From the human T2T-CHM13v2.0 reference genome, Homo sapiens, in the NCBI RefSeq assembly GCF_009914755.1, contig NC_060946.1: a stretch of 64,000 nt of DNA. One strand, written 5' to 3'. Below the pieces are notes generated by a model. That model was not told where the DNA came from. It was given only the letters and a program-made list of their open reading frames with translations, and searched no databases. Positions 55,801-64,000 of this stretch are shown in pieces. The position numbers were made by a program, and so were the translations under genes. Each line of letters starts with the position of its first letter. The first letter of the stretch is position 1.

Positions 55801-58800
55801 GAATGGAATGGAATGGAATGCAATGGAATGGACAGGAATGGAATGGAATGGAATGGAATGGAATGGAGTGGAATGGACTAGAATGGAATGGAATGGAATG
55901 GAATGAAATTAACCCTATTGGTATGGAATGGAATGCAATGGAATGGAATGGAATCAACTGGTAAGGAAACAAATGGAACTGAATGGAATAGAATGGAATG
56001 GATTGTAATGGAATGGAATGGAATCAAACCTAGTAGAATGGAATGGAAAGAATGGAATGAACAGAAATGGAATGGAATGGAATGGAATTTAATGGAATGG
56101 AATGGAATTTAATAGAATGGAATGGAATGGAATGGAATGGAATGGAATGGAATCAACCCGAGTGGAGTGGAATGGAATGGAATGGAAATGAATGTAATAG
56201 AATGGAATAGAATGGAACGGAAAGGAATGGAATGAACCCGAGTGGAATGGAATGGAATGGAATGGAATGGAAAGGCACGGAATGGAATGGAATGGAATGG
56301 AATGGAATGGAATGGAATGGAATGGAATCAACCCGAGTGGAATGGAATGGAATGGAATCAAACTGAGTGGAATGGAATGGAATGGAATGCAATGGAATGT
56401 AATGCAGTGGAAGGCATTAGAATCAACTGGAATGGAATGCAGTGGAATGGAATGGAATCAACGCCAGTGGAATGGAATGGAATGGAAGGGATAATAATAA
56501 AATGGAATGGAATAAATCCGGCTGGAATGGAATGGAATGGAATGCAATGGAATGAAATGGAATCAACTCGAGTGGAATGAAATGTAACGTAATGTAATGG
56601 AATGGAATGGAATGGAATGGAATAGAATGGAATCAATTCGAGTGCAATATAATGGTATAGAATGGAATGGAATAGAATGGAATGGAATGGAATGGAATCA
56701 ACCAGAGTGGAATGGAATGGAATGGAATGGAATGGAATGGAATGGAATGGAATGGAATGGAATGGACTGTAACGGCATGGAATGCAATGGAATGGAGTGG
56801 AATCAACCCGAGTGGAATGGAATGGAATGGACTGTAACGGCATGCAACGGAATGGAATGGAGTGGAATCAAACCGAGAGGAATGGAATGGAATGGAATAG
56901 AATGGAATCAATTCGAATGCAATGTAATGGTATAGAATGGAATGGAATGGAATGGAATGGAATCAACCAGAGTGGAATGGAATGGAATGGAATGGAATGG
57001 ACTGGAATGGAAAGGAATGGAAGAGAATGGAATGGAATCAATACGAGTGGAAAGGAATGGAATGGAAAGGAATGGAATGGAATGGAAAGGAATGTAATGC
57101 AATGGAATGCAGTGTTATGGAATGGAATCAACCCGAGTGGAATGGAATGGAATGGAATGCAATGGAATGGACAGGAATGGAATGGAATGGAATGGAATGG
57201 ACAGGCATGGAATGGAATGGAATGGAATGGAATGGAATGGAATGGAATGCAATGGAGTGGAATGGACTAGAATGGAATGGAATGGAATGAAATCAACCCG
57301 ATGGGAATGGAATGGAATGCAATGGAATGGAATGGAATCAACTGGAAAGGAATCAAATGGAACGGAATGGAATTGAATGGAATTGATTGGAATGGAATGG
57401 AATGGAATCAAACCTAGTAGAATGGAATGGAAAGAATGGAATGTACAGGAATGGAATGGAATGGAATGGAATTTAATGGAATGGAATGGAATGGAATGGA
57501 ATTTAATAGAATGGAATGGAATGGAATGGAATGGAATGGAATGGAATGGAATGGAATGGAATCAACCCGATTGGAGTCAAATGAAATGGAATGGAAATGA
57601 ATGGAATAGAATGGAATGGAATGGAACGGAAAGGAATGGCATGAACCCGAGTGGAATAGAATGGAATGGAATGGAATGGAATGGAATGGAATGGAATCGA
57701 AAGGCACGGAATGGAATGGAATGGAGTGGAATGGAATGGAATGGAATGGAATCAACCCGAGTGGAATGGAATGGAATGGAATCAAACTGAGTGGAATGGA
57801 ATGGAATGGAATGCAATGGAATGTAATGGAGTGGAAGGCATTAGAATCAACTGGAATGGAATGGAGTGGAATGGAATGAAATCAACGCCAGTGGAATGGA
57901 ATGGAATGGAATGGAATGGATAATAATGGAATGGAATGGAATCAATCCGGGTGGAATGGAATGGAATGGAATGCAATGGAATGGAATGGAATCAACTCGA
58001 GTGGAATGAAATGTAACGTAATGTAATGTAATGGAATGGAATAGAATGGAATCAATTCGAGTGTAATATAACGGTATAGAATGGAATGGAATGGAATGGA
58101 ATGGAATCAACTAGAGTGGAAACGAATGGAAAGGAATGGAATGGAATGGAATGGAGTGTAATGGAATGGAATGGAATGGAATGGAATGGAATGGCATGGA
58201 ATGGAATGGAATGGAGTGGAATCAACCAGAGTGGAATGGAGTGCAATGGACTGTAACGGCATGGAATGGAATGGAATGGAGTGGAATAAACACGAGTGGA
58301 ATGGAATGGAATGGAATGGACTGGAATGGAATGGAATGGAATCAACCCGAGTGAAATGGAATGGAATAGAATGGAATGAAATAAACACGAGTGGAAAGGA
58401 ATGGAATGGAATGGAATGGAAGAGAGTGGAATGGAATCAACTCGAGTGGAAAGGAATGGAATGGAAAGGAATGGATTGGAATGGAAAGGAATGGAATGCA
58501 ATGGAATGCAATGTTATGGAATGGAATCAACCCGAGTTGAATGGAATGGAATGGAATGGAATGCAATGGAATGGAATGGAATCAACTCGAGTGGAATGAA
58601 ATGTAATGTAATGTAATGTAATGGAATGTAATGGAATGGAATGGAATGGAATGGAATAGAATGGAATCATTTCGAATGCAATGTAATGGTATAGAATGGA
58701 ATGGAATGGAATGGAATCAACCAGAGTGGAATGGAATGGAAAGGAATGGAAAGGAATGGAATGGAATGGAATGTAACGGCATGGAATGGAATGGAATGGA

Positions 58801-61800
58801 GTGGAATCAACCCGAGTGGAATGGAGTGGAATGGACTGTAATGGAATGGAATGGAATGGAGTGGAATAAACACAAGTGGAAAGGAATGGAATGGAATCAA
58901 ACTGAGTGGAATGGAATGGAATGGAAAGCAATGGAATGTAATGCAGTGGAAGGCATTAGAATCAACTGGAATGGAATGGAGTGGAATGGAATGGAATCAA
59001 CGCCAGTGGAATGGATTGGAATGGAATGGATAATAATGGAATGGAAGGGAATCAATCCGGGTGGAATGGAATGGAAAGGAATGCAATGGAATGAAATGGA
59101 ATCAACTCGAGTGGAATGAAATGTAACGTAATGTAATGGAATGGAATGGAATGGAATAGAATGGAATCAATTCGAGTGCAATATAATGGTATAGAATGGA
59201 ATGGAATGGAATGGAATGGAATGGAATGGAATCAACCAGAGTGGAATGGAATGGAAAGGAATGGAATGGAATGGAATGGAATGGAATGGAATGGAATGGA
59301 ATGGAATGGAATGGCACGGCATGGAATGGAATGGAATGGAGTGGAATCAACCCGAGTGGAATGGAGTGGAATGGAGTGTAATGGCATGGAATGGAATGGA
59401 ATGGAAAGGAGTGGAATAAACACAAGTGGAATGGAATGGAATGGAATGGACTGGAATCAACCGGAGTGCAATGGAATGGAATAGAATGGAATGGAATGGA
59501 ATGGAATGAAATAAACACGAACGGAACGGAATGGAATGGAATGGAATGGAATGGAGTGGAATGGACTAGAATGGAATGGAATGGAATGAAATCAACCCGA
59601 TTGGATTGGAATGGAATGCAATGGAATCAACTGGAAAGGAATCAAATGGAACGGAATGGAATGGAATGGAATGGAATGGAATGGAATGGAACGGAATGGA
59701 ATCAACCTCTATGGAATGGAATGGAATGGAATGGATTATAATGGAATGGAATGGAATCAATCCGGGTGGAATGGAATGGAATGGAATGGAATGGAATGGA
59801 ATGCAATGGAATGGACAGGAATGGAATGGAATGGAATTCAATGGAATGGAATGGACAGGAATGCAATGGAATGTAATGGAATGGAATGGAATGGAGTGGA
59901 ATGGACTAGAATGGAATGGAATGGAATGAAATCAACCCGATTGGAATGGAATAGAATGCAATGGAATGGAATGCAATCAACTGGAAAGGAATCAAATGGA
60001 ACGGAATGGAATAGAATGGAATGGATTGGAATGGAAAGGAATGGATTCAACCCGAGTGGAATGGAATGGAAGAGAACGGAATAAACACGAGTGGAATGGA
60101 ATGGAATGGAATGGAATGGAATGGAATGGAATGGAATGGAATGGAATCAACTCGAGTGGAATGAAATGTAATGGAATGGAATGGAATGGAATTGAATGGA
60201 ATAAACACGAGTGGAATGGAATGGAATGGAATGGAATGGAATAGAATGGAGTCAATTCAAGTGCAATGGAATGGTATACAATGGAATCGAATGGAATGGA
60301 ATCAACCAGTGTGGAATGGAATGGAAAGGAATGGAATGGAATGGAACGGAACGGAATGGAATGGAATGGCATGGAATGTAACGGCATGGAATGGAATGGA
60401 ATGGAATGGAATGGAATATAACGGCATGCAATGGAATGGAATGGAGTGGATTCAACCCGAGTGGAATGGAGTGGATTGGACTGTAACGGCATGGAATGGA
60501 ATGGAATGGAGTGGAATAAACACGAGTGGAATGGAATGGAATGGAATGGACTGGAATCAACCCGAGTGCAATGGAATGGAATGGAATGGAATGGAATGGA
60601 GTGAAATAAACTCGAGTGGAATGGAATGGAATGGAATAGAATGGAATGGAATGGAAAGGAATGGAAGAGAATGGAATGGAATCAACTCGAGTGGAAAGGA
60701 ATGGAATGGAAAGGAATGGAATGGAATGGAAAGGAATGGAATGCAATGTAATGCAGTGTTATGGAATGGAATCAACCCGAGTGGAATGGAATGGAATGGA
60801 AAGGAATGGAATGCAATGGAATGCAATGTTAGGGAATGGAATCAACCCGAGTGGAATGGAATGGAATGGAATGGAATGCAATGGAATGGAATGGAATGGA
60901 ATGGAATGGAATGGAATAGAATGGAATCAATTCGAATGCAATGTAATGGTATAGAATGGAATGGAATGGAATGGAATGGAATCAACCAGAGTGTAATGGA
61001 ATGGAAAGGAATGGAATGGAATGGAATGGAATGGAATGGAATGGAATGGAATGTAACAGCATGGAATGGAATGGAATGGAGTGGAATCAACCCGAGTGGA
61101 ATGGAGTGGAATGGACTGTAATGGTCTGGAATGGAATGGAATGGAATGGAGTGGAATAAACACAAGTGGAATGGAATGGAATGGAATGGACTGGAATCAA
61201 CCAGAGTGCAATGGAATGGAATAGAATGGAATGGAATGGAATGGAATGAAAAAAACACGAGTGGAATGGAATGGAATGGAATGGAATTCAATGGAATGGA
61301 ATGGACAGGAATGGAATGGAATGGAATGGAATGGAGTGGAATGGACTGGAATGGAATGGAATGGAATGAAATCAACCCGATTGGAATGGAATGGAATGCA
61401 ATGGAATGGAATGGAATCAACTGGAAAGGAATCAAATGGAACGGAATGGAATAGAATGGAATGGATTGGAATGGAATGGAATGGATTCAACCCGAGTGGA
61501 ATGGAATGGAATAGAATGGAATAAACACGAGTGGAATGGAATGGAATGGAATGGAATGGAATGGAATCAACTCGAGTGGAATGAAATGTAATGTAATGGA
61601 ATGGAATGGAATTGAATGGAATAAACACGAGTGGAATGGAATGGAATGGAATGGAATGGAATGGAATGGAATGGAATAGAATGGAGTCAATTCAAGTGCA
61701 ATGGAATGGTATAAAATGGAATCGAATGGAATGGAATCAACCAGAGTGGAATGGCATGGAATGTAACGGCATGGAATGGAATGGAATGGAATGGCATGGA

Positions 61801-64000
61801 ATGTAACGGCATGGAATGGAATGGAATGGAATGGAATGGAATGGAATATAACGGCATGCAATGGAATGGAATGGAGTGGATTCAACCCGAGTGGAATGGA
61901 GTGGATTGGACTGTAACTGCATGGAATGGAATGGAATGGAGTGGAATAAACACGAGTGGAATGGAATGGAATGGAATGGACTGGAATCAACCCGAGTGCA
62001 ATGGAATGGAATGGAATGGAATGGAATGGAATGGAGTGAAATAAACTCGAGTGGAATGGAATGGAATGGAATAGAATGGAATGGAATGGAAAGGAATGGA
62101 AGAGAATGGAATGGAATCAACTCGAGTGGAAAGGAATGGAATGGAAAGGAATGGAATGGAATGGAAAGGAATGGAATGCAATGTAATGCAGTGTTATGGA
62201 ATGGAATCAACCCGAGTGGAATGGAATGGAATGGAAAGGAATGGAATGCAATGGAATGCAATGTTAGGGAATGGAATCAACCCGAGTGGAATGGAATGGA
62301 ATGGAATGGAATTCAATGGAATGGAATGGAATGGAATGGAATGGAATGGAATGGAATAGAATGGAATCAATTCGAATGCAATGTAATGGTATAGAATGGA
62401 ATGGAATGGAATGGAATGGAATCAACCAGAGTGGAATGGAATGGAAAGGAATGGAATGGAATGGAATGGAATGGAATGGAATGTAATGGAATGGAATGTA
62501 ACGGCATGGAATGGAATGGAATGGAGTGGAATCAACCCGAGTGGAATGGAGTGGAATGGACTGTAATGGCATGGAATGGAATGGAATGGAGTGGAATAAA
62601 CACAAGTGGAATGGAATGGAATGGAATGGACTGGAATCAACCAGAGTGCAATGGAATGGAATAGAATGGAATGGAATGGAATGGAATGAAAAAAACACGA
62701 GTGGAATGGAATGGAATGGAATGGAATTCAATGGAATGGAATGGACAGGAATGGAATGGAATGGAATGGAATGGAGTGGAATGGACTAGAATGGAATGGA
62801 ATGGAATGAAATCAACCCGATTGGAATGGAATGGAATGCAATGGAATGGAATGGAATCAACTGGAAAGGAATCAAATGGAACGGAATGGAATAGAATGGA
62901 ATGGATTGGAATGGAATGGAATGGATTCAACCCGAGTGGAATGGAATGGAATAGAATGGAATAAACACGAGTGGAATGGAATGGAATGGAATGGAATGGA
63001 ATGGAATGGAATGGAATCAACTCGAGTGGAATGAAATGTAATGTAATGGAATGGAATGGAATTGAATGGAATAAACACGAGTGGAATGGAATGGAATGGA
63101 ATGGAATGGAATGGAATGGAATGGAATAGAATGGAGTCAATTCAAGTGCAATGGAATGGTATAAAATGGAATCGAATGGAATGGAATCAACCAGAGTGGA
63201 ATGGAATGGAAAGTTATAGAATGGAATGGAATGGAATGGAACGGAATGGAATGGAATGGAATGGAATGTAACGGCATGGAATGGAATGGAATGGAATGGA
63301 ATGGAATGGAATGGCATGCAATGGAATGGAATGGAGTGGAATAAACACGAGTGGAATGGAATGGAATGGAATGGAATGGAATGGACTGGAATGGAAAGGA
63401 ATGGAAGAGAATGGAATGGAATCAACACGAGTGGAAAGGAATGGAATGGAAAGGAATGGCATGGAATGGAAAGGAATGTAATGCAATGGAATGCAGTGTT
63501 ATGGAATGGAATCAACCCGAGTGGAATGGAATGGAATGGAATGGAATGGAGTGGAATGGAATGGAATGGAATGCAATGGAATGGACAGGAATGGAATGGA
63601 ATGGAATGGAATGGAGTGGAATGGACTAGAATGGAATGGAATGGAATGGAATGAAATTAACCCTATTGGTATGGAATGGAATGCAATGGAATGGAATGGA
63701 ATCAACTGGTAAGGAAACAAATGGAACTGAATGGAATAGAATGGAATGGATTGTAATGGAATGGAATGGAATCAAACCTAGTAGAATGGAATGGAAAGAA
63801 TGGAATGAACAGGAATGGAATGGAATGGAATGGAATTTAATGGAATGGAATGGAATTTAATAGAATGGAATGGAATGGAATGGAATGGAATGGAATGGAA
63901 TCAACCCGAGTGGAGTGGAATGGAATGGAATGGAAATGAATGGAATAGAATGGAATAGAATGGAACGGAAAGGAATGGAATGAACCCGAGTGGAATGGAA
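50610..64000 (+). repeat. Older ~6.35 kb tandem duplication inside the 19 kb unit (copies ~50.6-57.0 kb and ~57.0 kb-end; mirrored in copy A from ~9.3 and ~15.7 kb)
   Basis: Marker CAATACGAG at ~50,671 and ~57,039. ORF offsets 51219/57577, 52503/58851, 53033/59391 and 53823/60171 are 6,348-6,358; 9911/16264 is 6,353. Confidence 0.8.
54795..54975 (+). repeat. 90-bp local tandem duplication
   Basis: AAAAAAACACGAGT...GGAATTCAATGG occurs at 54,831 and again at 54,921, but only once at each paralogous site (e.g. ~13,608, ~61,248). Confidence 0.85.

Larger units (their letters stand above)
1..64000 (+). repeat. Satellite III (HSat3) pericentromeric array, (GGAAT)n/(ATTCC)n with interspersed CAACCCGAGT-type 10-mers
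   Basis: Seen: GGAAT pentamers from the first to the last base, always purine-rich on +, interrupted every ~40-150 bp by CAACCCGAGT or variants (CAACTCGAGT, CAACCAGAGT, AAACACGAGT, CAATTCGAGT, CAAACTGAGT, CAATCCGGGT, CAACGCCAGT). Established: (GGAAT)n plus CAACCCGA(G/A)T is the defining signature of human/great-ape satellite III. Chromosome and subfamily cannot be fixed by eye. Confidence 0.98.
45150..64000 (+). repeat. ~19 kb higher-order unit, copy C (unexpanded; runs off the window end)
   Basis: Begins at GTAACTTGATGG (~45,157). It is colinear with 4.07-17.96 kb followed by 32.25-36.97 kb, and the next unit start is extrapolated to ~64.33 kb. Confidence 0.85.

Noticed and set aside
13-63860. 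Hundreds of ORFs (MEWNG.. on +, HSIPF.. on -), up to 359 aa (34158..35237)
   Set aside because: A pure GGAAT/ATTCC repeat has no stop codon in any frame. The ORFs overlap in all six frames, are low complexity and show no domain, so they are not called as CDS.
1-64000. CRISPR-like repeat/spacer architecture (CAACCCGAGT words separated by GGAAT runs)
   Set aside because: The intervening sequence is the satellite itself, not unique spacers of constant length. There are no cas genes or leader, and the DNA is primate satellite.
1-64000. Canonical heat-shock elements
   Set aside because: nGAAn units are all in direct orientation. I could not find alternating GAAnnTTC or TTCnnGAA arrays, so no HSE is called despite the known HSF1-SatIII link.
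1-64000. Assignment to HSat2, DYZ1 (3.6 kb), D15Z1 (1.8 kb) or a specific chromosome
   Set aside because: The CATTCGATTC/GATGAT-rich HSat2 unit is absent and no 3.6 or 1.8 kb period is evident. Subfamily and chromosome need k-mer classification or alignment to T2T assemblies, which I cannot run.
1-64000. Large inversions, Alu/L1 insertions or an embedded non-satellite island
   Set aside because: Reading through the window, the + strand stays GGAAT-oriented and no departure from the pentamer frame longer than ~20 bp was seen.

Overview
The whole 64 kb window is a single uninterrupted primate (most likely human) Satellite III / HSat3 array. It consists of (GGAAT)n on the + strand punctuated by the classic 10-bp CAACCCGAGT spacer and its variants, with no strand switch, no transposon and no credible gene. 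Every ORF in the track (MEWNG.. / HSIPF..) is a translation of the pentamer. I found no new gene-encoded biological system. The interesting content is structural. Diagnostic variants and ORF-track offsets reveal nested duplications: a ~19 kb higher-order unit starting at ~4.04 kb, four near-identical 4,758-bp tandem copies (13.2-32.25 kb), a ~7.85 kb tandem duplication (32.7-48.4 kb), and older ~6.35 kb, ~2.36 kb and ~1.44 kb duplications. Other observations are strict conservation of the 5-bp register (all 18 one-base slips fall on one motif), a probable gene-conversion tract at ~7.6-7.8 kb, and a recurrent perfect 9-bp hairpin that carries the only + strand ATTCC I could find. Breakpoint coordinates are approximate because junctions lie within identical sequence. 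All comparisons were made by eye and from ORF offsets, not by computed alignment.
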